Positions 9,429-16,057 of a stretch of 64,000 nucleotides of DNA are shown piece after piece. A program made the position numbers and the translations under genes. The notes below the pieces were generated by a model. That model was not told the DNA's origin. It made no database searches and worked only from the letters and a program-made list of their open reading frames with translations. Position 1 is the first letter of the stretch, and each line of letters begins with the position of its first letter. The stretch is from a virus (taxonomy: Duplodnaviria > Heunggongvirae > Uroviricota > Caudoviricetes), in IMG/VR virus record IMGVR_UViG_3300012665_001805; one strand, written 5' to 3'.

Positions 9429-9679
9429 TGTTCTTCTATATTATATAAACCTAATTCTTGATCTAATCTCATCATTTCGATGAGTGCTTGTTCGCGTTGC
9501 TCTTTTAAAGCGGCATCATAATCCTCTATACACATTGCTACTCTAATACCATCAATAGTACCAATTACTTCTTTATGAAGTCGATACTTGAATTGAAATG
9601 TTTTAAAGTTGATTTCAACTACTTTTTTATATGCATCTTGTCCCAAGACACGAATCATTACTGATTGTTTCATAACCAA
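9425..9679 (-). CDS. hypothetical protein
   Basis: 84 aa. Confidence 0.3.
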   Translation of the reverse strand: MVMKQSVMIRVLGQDAYKKVVEINFKTFQFKYRLHKEVIGTIDGIRVAMCIEDYDAALKEQREQALIEMMRLDQELGLYNIEEQ

Positions 9680-10377
9680 GTTATTTCATTTGTTATTGGA
9701 TCCCATTCAAATGTGAATGGTAAATTTGCATACATGTATCGTTCATTCAATACGGATGCATTAAAGAAATGTGTATGACCGTTGTAATAGTGACCATAAC
9801 CACCATGAACATGTCCAAATACGTGAATTTTTGGTTTAATTTCATCTATTCGATAACGCAACATTTCACATCCAACTCGTATGTTTTGTCCACCTGGGAT
9901 GTCTTGATAGCCAAATGGAGGTCCATGTGTTACTAAAATATCTGTATCAGTTGGGATAGCATCCCATTTTGCTTTTAATTCTTCTCCATTGCGAGGCAAA
10001 TTAAATGCCCAATTGAAAAATTCCGGTTGCCAAGGTGAACCATAGATTTTAGCAGTTTTTACATTTGGATCATGAGGATCACTATCTCCAACTACCATCC
10101 AATCATCCTGTAAATAATCAATTGTTTTATATCCAGTTAAGATACCTTGTGCCTCTTCTGGTTCATCTTCCATCCAACGATCATGGTTACCAGCAATCAG
10201 TACTTTGAAATCATAGGTAGATATTTTATCAAACCAATTGAAAAACTCCATTGCTTCCATTGGATTGTAACCCGAGTTCATAAAGTCACCAGCATGGATT
10301 AACAAATCACCTCCTGGTAAATCACCATTTAGTTGGTTGTGTTTTGTATGTGTATCTGAAATTAATGTAACCTTCAT
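9670..10377 (-). CDS. calcineurin-like metallophosphoesterase
   Basis: motifs D-x-H (ISDTHTKH), GDLLIHAGDF, GNHD, GHVHGG; 235 aa. Confidence 0.8.
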   Translation of the reverse strand: MKVTLISDTHTKHNQLNGDLPGGDLLIHAGDFMNSGYNPMEAMEFFNWFDKISTYDFKVLIAGNHDRWMEDEPEEAQGILTGYKTIDYLQDDWMVVGDSDPHDPNVKTAKIYGSPWQPEFFNWAFNLPRNGEELKAKWDAIPTDTDILVTHGPPFGYQDIPGGQNIRVGCEMLRYRIDEIKPKIHVFGHVHGGYGHYYNGHTHFFNASVLNERYMYANLPFTFEWDPITNEITWL

Positions 10378-10513
10378 TGTTTAATTTTTAGCTGAATATA
10401 AATGCAACTGTGGCTATTAATAGGAACCATCCTATAACAGTTAATGCTATTTTAAGATCATCTTTCATTTTTCCTTATTTTTAAATAAATATACGAAAGA
10501 GATATTGGAAATC

Positions 10514-10714
10514 CTACCCTAAAATTATTTGTTTTGCTAATTCTTTTTGTTTTTCATGTTTGTGCATGTTTTCCATTGTTTTAGAAACCATGTTTAAGTC
10601 ATCATTCATTGACTTAAGAATATCTTCCATATTAGAAATTTTTTCATACAGTTTCATAACTGAGTACATCAAGCCTGCTACAGCTAAACATAGTAATCCG
10701 ACGATAAGCATCAT
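10514..10714 (-). CDS. small membrane protein
   Basis: 66 aa, N-terminal TM. Confidence 0.3.
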   Translation of the reverse strand: MMLIVGLLCLAVAGLMYSVMKLYEKISNMEDILKSMNDDLNMVSKTMENMHKHEKQKELAKQIILG

Positions 10715-10735
10715 ATATTTGATTTTAAATGTAAC

Positions 10736-10790
10736 ATAAAAAACCCCTAGCAGTTTCTATTGATCAGATAGTCTTACTAGGGGGTGTTAG
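10736..10790 (-). terminator. intrinsic terminator closing the tRNA array (minus sense CCCCTAG...CTAGGGG + TTTTTT)
   Basis: 7-bp GC-rich stem with internal palindrome TGATCA, followed on minus strand by T6. Confidence 0.5.
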
Positions 10791-10986
10791 TGGTTATATG
10801 GGTGTTTATAGAGGTAACGCGTTTACACCTATAAATCTTCCCAACTTCCCAATAACGAGAAGACCATCCAAGTGAGCAGATCTAACGGGATGCCCGATGG
10901 TACTGAGCCTACGTTATCTCAACGCAGGGGGGCATTCCATAGCAACCGTATCACTATGGGGTTCCGTTAACATGTAACGGTGGAGG

Positions 10987-11060
10987 TGGCCCATCCTGGA
11001 CTCGAACCAGGGACTTTCACATTATGAGTGTGCTACTCTAACCAACTGAGTTAAAAGGCC
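10987..11060 (-). tRNA. tRNA-Met (anticodon CAT)
   Basis: minus-strand cloverleaf; T-arm CCCTGG-TTCGAGT-CCAGG; anticodon loop CTCATAA. Confidence 0.6.
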
Positions 11061-11191
11061 ATAACATAATACAAGCTCCCACCTACCTTCTTGTATTTTG
11101 AACTCAACTCTGCCAGCAGTTCACCCGGTGCCACGATACTTAACTATCTGCACTCCCTCTGACAATGTTAAGTTGCCGTATGAGCCAGTCG

Positions 11192-11290
11192 TAGTCAGGA
11201 CAGGACTCGAACCTGTATGAGCTACTTCAATTACCTTGTAGGCTCTCCACTACGGTGCTTGTAGCGTCTAACCAATTCCGCCACCTGACT
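11192..11290 (-). tRNA. type-II tRNA-like (Leu-like D-arm TGGCGGAATTGGTTAGACGC), anticodon arm unresolved; 99 nt, possibly interrupted/pseudo
   Basis: perfect 7-bp acceptor AGTCAGG/CCTGACT, T-arm ACAGG-TTCGAGT-CCTGT; GCTAC...GTAGC flank a 35-nt insert-like segment. Confidence 0.4.
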
Positions 11291-11426
11291 ATTTTAAAAA
11301 TTAACTTACTAATTATAACCTATGCACGCTTGAGTTACAATCCCATTTACCCCAGTGAAACATTCGTACCTATTTTCACCCTCCTTATTGCCTATGTTCT
11401 TTTTCAGCTCCTCGGTTAATTGTAGT

Positions 11427-11499
11427 AGCGGGGGCCAGACTCGAACTGGCGGTCTCTGGGTTATGAGCCCAGCGAGTGAAACCATCTCCTCCACCCCGC
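11427..11499 (-). tRNA. tRNA-fMet initiator (CAT)
   Basis: GCGGGGTGGAG...GGGCTCATAACCC...CCCCCGC; near-identical architecture to bacterial initiator tRNA incl. three G-C pairs in the anticodon stem. Confidence 0.75.
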
Positions 11500-11507
11500 T
11501 ATATTTG

Positions 11508-11578
11508 ATTCTCATGAAGGATTCGAACCTTCGTCTGCCCGCTCAACGCGACCCGACTTACCACTTGTCCAATGAGAA
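11508..11578 (-). tRNA. tRNA, anticodon ambiguous (loop CGTTGAG, TTG/Gln-like)
   Basis: acceptor TTCTCAT/ATGAGAA, T-arm GAAGG-TTCGAAT-CCTTC; anticodon stem imperfect. Confidence 0.4.
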
Positions 11579-11676
11579 AACTGTTACACACTTTCATCGG
11601 CAAATTACTAATGCATATCAGACCCTTATAGTATTGGAAGCACTTGCCGGTACTTCACTTTCCTACCCAGGTTTTG

Positions 11677-11748
11677 TATTCGGTACGGGGTTCGAACCCG
11701 TGCCTCTGCCGTGAAAGGGCAGCGTGTTAACCACTTCACTAACCGAAC
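11677..11748 (-). tRNA. tRNA-Glu (TTC)
   Basis: anticodon arm CTGCC-CTTTCAC-GGCAG; T-arm ACGGG-TTCGAAC-CCCGT. Confidence 0.65.
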
Positions 11749-11870
11749 ATAAAAAACATAATACTACTTTAATAACGTTTACCCAATTTTACGACTGCAC
11801 GCTTTACCTTGTTAGACCGTTTTTTGGGTAACGACCCCTAACACATCCTACCTACCCATATTATGTTTTG

Positions 11871-11942
11871 CGGTCCATGCGAGAATCGAACTCGCGGCAC
11901 CACCGTGACAGGGTGGTATGTTAGCCACTACACCAATGGACC
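11871..11942 (-). tRNA. tRNA-Asp (GTC)
   Basis: anticodon arm CCACC-CTGTCAC-GGTGG; acceptor GGTCCAT/ATGGACC. Confidence 0.65.
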
Positions 11943-11948
11943 AGTGTG

Positions 11949-12022
11949 TGGAGGATAACGGATTCGAACCGTTGACCCCTGCAGTGCAAGTGCAGTGCTC
12001 TAGCCAGCTGAGCTAATCCCCC
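11949..12022 (-). tRNA. tRNA-Ala (TGC) with G3-U70
   Basis: GGGGGATTAGCTCAGCTGGCTAGAGCA...CTGCA-CTTGCAC-TGCAG; G3:U70 identity pair present. Confidence 0.7.
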
Positions 12023-12114
12023 ATTTAGTCTTTTCCTTACCTCTTAACAGCTCACATTGCCCGTCCGGTGTTACTGCCGGATGCTTACCTCTATGAGGAG
12101 TAACTGTTACATTG

Positions 12115-12188
12115 AGCAGGCAGTGGGACTCGAACCCACAACCCTCGCCTTGGAAGGGCGACGCTCTAGCCAATTGAGCTATGCCTGC
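12115..12188 (-). tRNA. tRNA-Gly (TCC)
   Basis: acceptor GCAGGCA/TGCCTGC; anticodon arm TCGCC-CTTCCAA-GGCGA. Confidence 0.7.
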
Positions 12189-12194
12189 AATTTG

Positions 12195-12276
12195 TACACA
12201 AGGAGAGACTCGAACTCTCACGCCTTTCGGCACCGGATCCTAAGTCCGGCGTGACTACCAATTCCACCACTCGTGC
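12195..12276 (-). tRNA. tRNA-Leu (TAG), type II
   Basis: D-arm GTGGAATTGGTAGTCAC, anticodon arm CCGGA-CTTAGGA-TCCGG, variable hairpin GCC-GAAA-GGC. Confidence 0.65.
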
Positions 12277-12284
12277 ATTTTAAA

Positions 12285-12304
12285 TTTCCAATATGTCAAT
12301 GAAC
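12285..12304 (-). promoter_or_regulatory. conserved 20-nt element (minus sense GTTCATTGACATATTGGAAA) 8 nt upstream of tRNA-Leu 5' end
   Basis: second copy at 13894-13913, 9 nt upstream of tRNA-Gln; contains TTGACA. Confidence 0.4.
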
Positions 12305-12324
12305 TTTCTTTTCTTATAAATTCA

Positions 12325-12334
12325 ATATACGAAA
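12325..12334 (-). promoter_or_regulatory. promoter-like motif TTCGTATATT upstream of tRNA-Leu(TAG) sub-cluster
   Basis: AATATACGAA on plus strand, ~50 nt upstream of tRNA 5' end. Confidence 0.45.
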
Positions 12335-12361
12335 AATATATTGGAAAGCCAAGTTTTTATG

Positions 12362-12431
12362 AGCTCAAGGTAAGAATCGAACTTACTCTATAGGTTTTGC
12401 AGACCTACCGGCCTCCAAGACCATCCTGAGC
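12362..12431 (-). tRNA. tRNA-Cys (GCA)
   Basis: anticodon arm TAGGT-CTGCAAA-ACCTA; T-arm GTAAG-TTCGATT-CTTAC. Confidence 0.55.
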
Positions 12432-12437
12432 ATTGTG

Positions 12438-12510
12438 TGGACAGAGAGGGGTTCGAACCCCCGACGCTCGGCTCTTCAGGCCGACGCTCTACCAACTGAG
12501 CTACCTGTCC
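12438..12510 (-). tRNA. tRNA-Phe (GAA)
   Basis: D-arm TAGCTCAGTTGGTAGAGC; anticodon arm TCGGC-CTGAAGA-GCCGA. Confidence 0.7.
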
Positions 12511-12569
12511 TGGCCTTTTTTAGGGTTTTTAACTAGAACCCAAGGACGGAACGACCTATAAACTATTTG

Positions 12570-12641
12570 CGCGACCCCAAGGACTCGAACCCTGACCAAC
12601 GGATTTGGAATCCGTTATGCTACCAATTACACCAAAGAAGC
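12570..12641 (-). tRNA. tRNA-Trp (CCA)-like; acceptor stem does not pair as read (possible pseudo/aberrant)
   Basis: anticodon arm ACGGA-TTCCAAA-TCCGT and Trp-like D-arm GTGTAATTGGTAGCAT, T-loop TTCGAGT; 5' GCTTCTT vs 3' GGGTCGC mismatched. Confidence 0.35.
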
Positions 12642-12678
12642 AATTCATCCGACCTAGCTCGGATCACACATCGGATCG

Positions 12679-12751
12679 TACCCCCACAGAGATTCAAACT
12701 CCAATCTTCCCCTTAGAAGGGGGATGTTCTATTCAATTGAACTATAAGGGC
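12679..12751 (-). tRNA. tRNA-Arg (TCT)
   Basis: D-arm GTTC-AATTGAATA-GAAC; anticodon arm TCCCC-CTTCTAA-GGGGA; acceptor with three G-U pairs. Confidence 0.55.
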
Positions 12752-12756
12752 ATTTG

Positions 12757-12829
12757 TACCCTCAAAGTGACTCGAACACCTATCTCTCGGTTCGTAGCCG
12801 AGCGTTCTATCCATTGAACTATGTGGGCA
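12757..12829 (-). tRNA. tRNA-Arg (ACG)
   Basis: anticodon arm CTCGG-CTACGAA-CCGAG; D-arm TAGTTCAATGGATAGAAC. Confidence 0.6.
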
Positions 12830-12833
12830 GTTG

Positions 12834-12917
12834 TACCTCGAGCCGGGATCGAACCGGCACGCCCATACGAGCACAGGATTTTAAGTCCGGCGTGACTACC
12901 AATTCCACCACCGAGGC
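12834..12917 (-). tRNA. tRNA-Leu (TAA), type II
   Basis: Leu-like D-arm GTGGAATTGGTAGTCAC; anticodon loop CTTAAAA; long variable arm; T-arm GCCGG-TTCGATC-CCGGC. Confidence 0.6.
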
Positions 12918-12925
12918 ATTTGTTG

Positions 12926-12999
12926 GGTGTATGGTGAGATTTGAACCCACGACCTCTTGATTCACAATCAAGCACTCTTACCAACTGAGCTACATACAC
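12926..12999 (-). tRNA. tRNA-His (GTG)
   Basis: acceptor GTGTATG/CATACAC; anticodon arm CTTGA-TTGTGAA-TCAAG; T-loop TTCAAAT. Confidence 0.65.
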
Positions 13000-13001
13000 A
13001 G

Positions 13002-13073
13002 TACCGTATGTTGGGTTCGAACCAACCCAAAGCAGGATATGAGCCCACCTCGTCCACCTAGGACCTACGGTAT
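13002..13073 (-). tRNA. tRNA with CAT anticodon (elongator Met or Ile2/lysidine type)
   Basis: anticodon arm GTGGG-CTCATAT-CCTGC; T-arm GTTGG-TTCGAAC-CCAAC; third CAT tRNA in the array. Confidence 0.5.
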
Positions 13074-13077
13074 AAAG

Positions 13078-13162
13078 CGGAAAGCAGTGAACACGATCCA
13101 CATACCTTTCAGTACCACTCGCTTAGCAGGCGGTGACAGCACCCTGACTGCTTTACTTTCCA
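13078..13162 (-). tRNA. tRNA-Ser (GCT)-like, type II, non-canonical T-arm
   Basis: acceptor GGAAAGT/GCTTTCC, anticodon loop CTGCTAA, variable arm TACTGAAAGGTATG shared with tRNA-Ser(TGA); T-loop lacks TTCGA. Confidence 0.4.
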
Positions 13163-13167
13163 ATTGT

Positions 13168-13241
13168 GCGCTTAACTGGACTCGAACCAATAACCTTCCG
13201 CGTATCAGGCGGATGCTCTAACCAATTGAGCTATAAACGCA
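13168..13241 (-). tRNA. tRNA-Ile (GAT)
   Basis: anticodon arm TCCGC-CTGATAC-GCGGA; D-arm TAGCTCAATTGGTTAGAGC. Confidence 0.65.
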
Positions 13242-13247
13242 TTAAGC

Positions 13248-13318
13248 GGACCAGGGAGGGATCGAACCTCCGACCCAGCGATTAACAGTCGCTTGCTCTA
13301 CCTCTGAGCTACTGGTCC
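13248..13318 (-). tRNA. tRNA-Asn (GTT)
   Basis: acceptor GGACCAG/CTGGTCC; anticodon arm AGCGA-CTGTTAA-TCGCT. Confidence 0.7.
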
Positions 13319-13323
13319 AATTG

Positions 13324-13406
13324 TGGGGCTTGGTGGACTCGAACCACTCCCGATTAAGGACAGGATTTACAGTCCCGCTGCCGTATCCGAACGACTTTCA
13401 ATCCCC
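13324..13406 (-). tRNA. tRNA-Tyr (GTA), type II
   Basis: anticodon arm CGGGA-CTGTAAA-TCCTG; long variable arm; T-loop TTCGAGT. Confidence 0.55.
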
Positions 13407-13412
13407 TTTTTG

Positions 13413-13485
13413 TACACCCTCTAGGATTCGAACCTAGGACATTTTGCATGTAAAACAAACGCTCTACCAACTGAGCTAAAGGTGC
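13413..13485 (-). tRNA. tRNA-Val (TAC)
   Basis: D-arm TAGCTCAGTTGGTAGAGC; anticodon arm TTTGT-TTTACAT-GCAAA; T-arm CTAGG-TTCGAAT-CCTAG. Confidence 0.55.
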
Positions 13486-13490
13486 ATTTG

Positions 13491-13565
13491 TGATCCCGGT
13501 GGGGCTCGAACCCACGACTCCCTAATTAAAAGTTAGGTGCTCTAAACCAACTGAGCTACGAGATC
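13491..13565 (-). tRNA. tRNA-Lys (TTT)
   Basis: anticodon arm CCTAA-CTTTTAA-TTAGG; T-arm GTGGG-TTCGAGC-CCCAC. Confidence 0.7.
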
Positions 13566-13635
13566 TTTCTGTTTGCGACTCTTGTCGCTCTTATCACTTT
13601 CCATAATTTCTCGTTTTTTTATGGTGAATAAATAG

Positions 13636-13709
13636 TCTAAGTGGCAGGGCTCGAACCTGCGATCTCGTGGTCCCAAACCACGCGGATTACCAACTTTCCC
13701 ACACCTAGT
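13636..13709 (-). tRNA. tRNA-Pro (TGG)
   Basis: C1-G72 acceptor CTAGGTG/CACTTAG; anticodon arm CGTGG-TTTGGGA-CCACG. Confidence 0.65.
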
Positions 13710-13714
13710 TAAAA

Positions 13715-13800
13715 TGGCGGAAGGCGTAGGACTCGAACCCACAATACCTTTCAGTACTACTGCTTTTCAAGAGCAGCTCCTCATCCAGCCGGATGCCTTC
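13715..13800 (-). tRNA. tRNA-Ser (TGA), type II, CCA encoded
   Basis: acceptor GGAAGGC/GCCTTCC perfect, discriminator G then CCA; anticodon arm CTGCT-CTTGAAA-AGCAG; long variable arm. Confidence 0.65.
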
Positions 13801-13810
13801 CATTTTATTG

Positions 13811-13884
13811 ATCCCCCGGGAGGAGTCGAACCTCCAAACTCCACAGTCAAAGTGTGGTGACTTTGCCAATTCGTCTACAGGGGA
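13811..13884 (-). tRNA. tRNA-Gln (TTG)
   Basis: anticodon arm CCACA-CTTTGAC-TGTGG; T-arm GGAGG-TTCGACT-CCTCC. Confidence 0.55.
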
Positions 13885-13893
13885 ATTTATAGC

Positions 13894-13913
13894 TTTCCAA
13901 TATGTCAAAGAAC
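13894..13913 (-). promoter_or_regulatory. second copy of conserved 20-nt element (minus sense GTTCTTTGACATATTGGAAA) immediately upstream of tRNA-Gln
   Basis: 19/20 identical to 12285-12304. Confidence 0.4.
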
Positions 13914-13924
13914 GTTTTCTTCTG

Positions 13925-13996
13925 AGCTCCGTACCAGATTCGAACTGATTTCTCTTGATTACAAGTCAAGCGCATCGCCAACAATGCTTACAGAGC
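13925..13996 (-). tRNA. tRNA-Thr (TGT)
   Basis: anticodon arm CTTGA-CTTGTAA-TCAAG; T-arm ATCAG-TTCGAAT-CTGGT. Confidence 0.6.
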
Positions 13997-14020
13997 AATA
14001 AAATTTGTGGGATAAAATAA

Positions 14021-14052
14021 AAAAACCCGGATCTTGCGAACCCGGGTTATAT
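14021..14052 (-). terminator. intrinsic terminator upstream (minus sense) of tRNA array: CCCGGG-TTCGCAAGAT-CCGGG + T7
   Basis: plus strand AAAAAAACCCGGATCTTGCGAACCCGGG. Confidence 0.55.
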
Positions 14053-14417
14053 ATTTTGGTTGTTTTTACACAACTAACTTATCCCGGGTTTGAATATGCG
14101 CGGTTGTTTAACGTCAATATTATTATACGCAAAGCCACACACTGTTCCTTCAATCGTACTAAACGATCTAAGGGGCCAATTTGATATGTGTAACATTGTT
14201 TGCATTTGTATATTTTTATATTCGTTAATACGTATGTGTTTTTTCTTTATCTTCACAGAACATACGAAATTTTTTTTATCTCTCCACTCTTTTTTTAATA
14301 TTCTTGTCTTTTCTTTTAGAAACTGCTGTAATCCAGCTTACCCATTCCTTAACTTGCTCTACTCTTTGTTTTGAACTTATCTTACTCATCTTTTTATTTT
14401 TATTAAATTTACTAACT

Positions 14418-14876
14418 CTATTTCACTAATCCAAGCTCTTTTTCAATTTCTTTCATATGCTTGCATTTTTTATCTTTTGCTCTCCATCTACCAGGACAAT
14501 CACAAGTTAATCCTCTTGGGGTCATTTTTACAACATATGTACCACCTCCACTTGATGATTCAAACTTCCATGTTTGTGATGGTGGTTTTACTTCAGGTGA
14601 TTTCTCAACTACCTTTGGTCTATCATCTATTTCAATAATATCATCTAATGTTGTTTTAGGATGACATTCTACATGCGCTGGCATAATGACATATCGTTCT
14701 CCAAGTTTTGCAATTGCAACACATAAATAAGCATGTTTTTTTACTTTATACTTAAATGGTCTGCAATGACAAAATGTAATATTGTCACGTTTAGGATAAA
14801 TTTTAGCTTCATCGTTTGGTACTATACGGGTTTCTTTTCTCCCATCACCATATTCTATAATTAACTCCTTTAACAT
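14418..14876 (-). CDS. SWIM zinc-finger protein
   Basis: C-terminal CxC-x(n)-CxH: LTCDCPGRWRAKDKKCKHM; promoter motif at 14894-14903. Confidence 0.5.
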   Translation of the reverse strand: MLKELIIEYGDGRKETRIVPNDEAKIYPKRDNITFCHCRPFKYKVKKHAYLCVAIAKLGERYVIMPAHVECHPKTTLDDIIEIDDRPKVVEKSPEVKPPSQTWKFESSSGGGTYVVKMTPRGLTCDCPGRWRAKDKKCKHMKEIEKELGLVK

Positions 14877-14923
14877 AACCTTTTATTTGATTGAATATAC
14901 GAACAAAAGATCAGGTAGCCAAA

Positions 14924-15229
14924 TTATTTCTTTTTTGCTTTTAAGAAAGTTATTGCTTTAACTATTTCAGCACATCCCTCATACAACTCGTGTTTTTCAT
15001 ATATTGGTAAGTTATTTTCCAATGTAGTGACAAAATCTTGTCTATCCACGGTTATATCATATATTGTTTGTTCTTGTTCAACTAGGACTGAAAGGGCATG
15101 TAGATGTCTTTTTCTCCCTTTCAAGTTGTTTAAAATTGTTTCTACCAACGCTTTTGTGATTCTTAAATCTCGTTGGGAAACTAACTCTTCAAATTCATCA
15201 CTATCGAATACACTAATTTCTATTGCCAT
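14924..15229 (-). CDS. hypothetical protein
   Basis: 101 aa. Confidence 0.3.
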   Translation of the reverse strand: MAIEISVFDSDEFEELVSQRDLRITKALVETILNNLKGRKRHLHALSVLVEQEQTIYDITVDRQDFVTTLENNLPIYEKHELYEGCAEIVKAITFLKAKKK

Positions 15230-15400
15230 GTCAAAATAAATCTAAAAAGTTTGTATTTATATTCTTCGCCTTCAATTTACTAAATTTTTCGTCATTCTCC
15301 AACATCTTTGTCGCAAGCTTTGAAAGATGTTTCTCTTTTTGCTTGTCGTAATCACGAACTAATTTAGTATGCTTTTTCTTTTTCATTTCAATGATAAATA

Positions 15401-16054
15401 TTATTTCTTCCTTGAAACCAAAGAATATGGATCGTCTTCTACTTTTGTTTCCCACAACCCCAGTTCTTGTAACTTACGTTTTTGATAATCATCCATTTGA
15501 AAATCAACCATTTCAGTCGTTTTATAAACGGTTTGATGACCTTCCAACGACTCCATGTCACGTTCAGTAAACACGTTTCCTAAACGTATAAAATAGCAGT
15601 TATAACACGATAATTGACAATTTCCGTCACGATAGTTGTGTTTGTTACCATCTTTAAAGAACATGATTAAAGGTGTTTTACCATCTGATTCTCTTCGTTC
15701 TTCATAGCTACACCAATAACATTGTTCAATCATATGACCACCTTCAATTAACTTAAATTTAAGTTTTTCTGGGGTAAATGATGAGGCATCTGCTTTTCCA
15801 TTGACGATATCCTCAATTGCGGGGTGTTTTTTACCAAATGGGGCATTGCTCATAAACTTTGGAATACCCTTACCGCTTTGGTTTTTGTGTAAGTCAAATA
15901 ATGATACACCCGTTTCCTCATCCTTGTAGGCTTTCATAAACGGTTTCAAATGTTGGTATGAACAGTTTAAGTAACGAGCGGCCGCATAAATAGAGCGGGT
16001 TTGTTTCATTGCTCGTAGGCAATCCTCTTTTGATATGGGTTTTGGATGCGCCAT
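15401..16054 (-). CDS. HNH-type endonuclease-like protein (Cys-rich, N-terminal HTH-like)
   Basis: CYWCSYEERR...DGNKHNYRDGNCQLSCYNCYF resembles HNH zinc-finger core (CxxC...H-N...CxxC). Confidence 0.45.
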   Translation of the reverse strand: MAHPKPISKEDCLRAMKQTRSIYAAARYLNCSYQHLKPFMKAYKDEETGVSLFDLHKNQSGKGIPKFMSNAPFGKKHPAIEDIVNGKADASSFTPEKLKFKLIEGGHMIEQCYWCSYEERRESDGKTPLIMFFKDGNKHNYRDGNCQLSCYNCYFIRLGNVFTERDMESLEGHQTVYKTTEMVDFQMDDYQKRKLQELGLWETKVEDDPYSLVSRKK

Positions 16055-16057
16055 GTT

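Noticed and set aside
12285-12304. Interpreting TTGACA in the 20-nt element as a sigma-70-type -35 box driving the adjacent tRNA
   Set aside because: The mature tRNA 5' end is only 8-9 nt downstream, leaving no room for a -10 box and transcript start. Bacteroidetes promoters also use a different consensus. Reported as an element of unknown function instead.
11309-13908. ORFs overlapping the tRNA array (11309-11515, 11355-11714, 12000-12233, 12057-12254, 12605-12817, 12742-13101, 12754-12960, 13039-13221, 13542-13742, 13705-13908)
   Set aside because: They are entirely composed of tRNA gene sequence and spacers; G/C-rich tRNA stems create spurious open frames.
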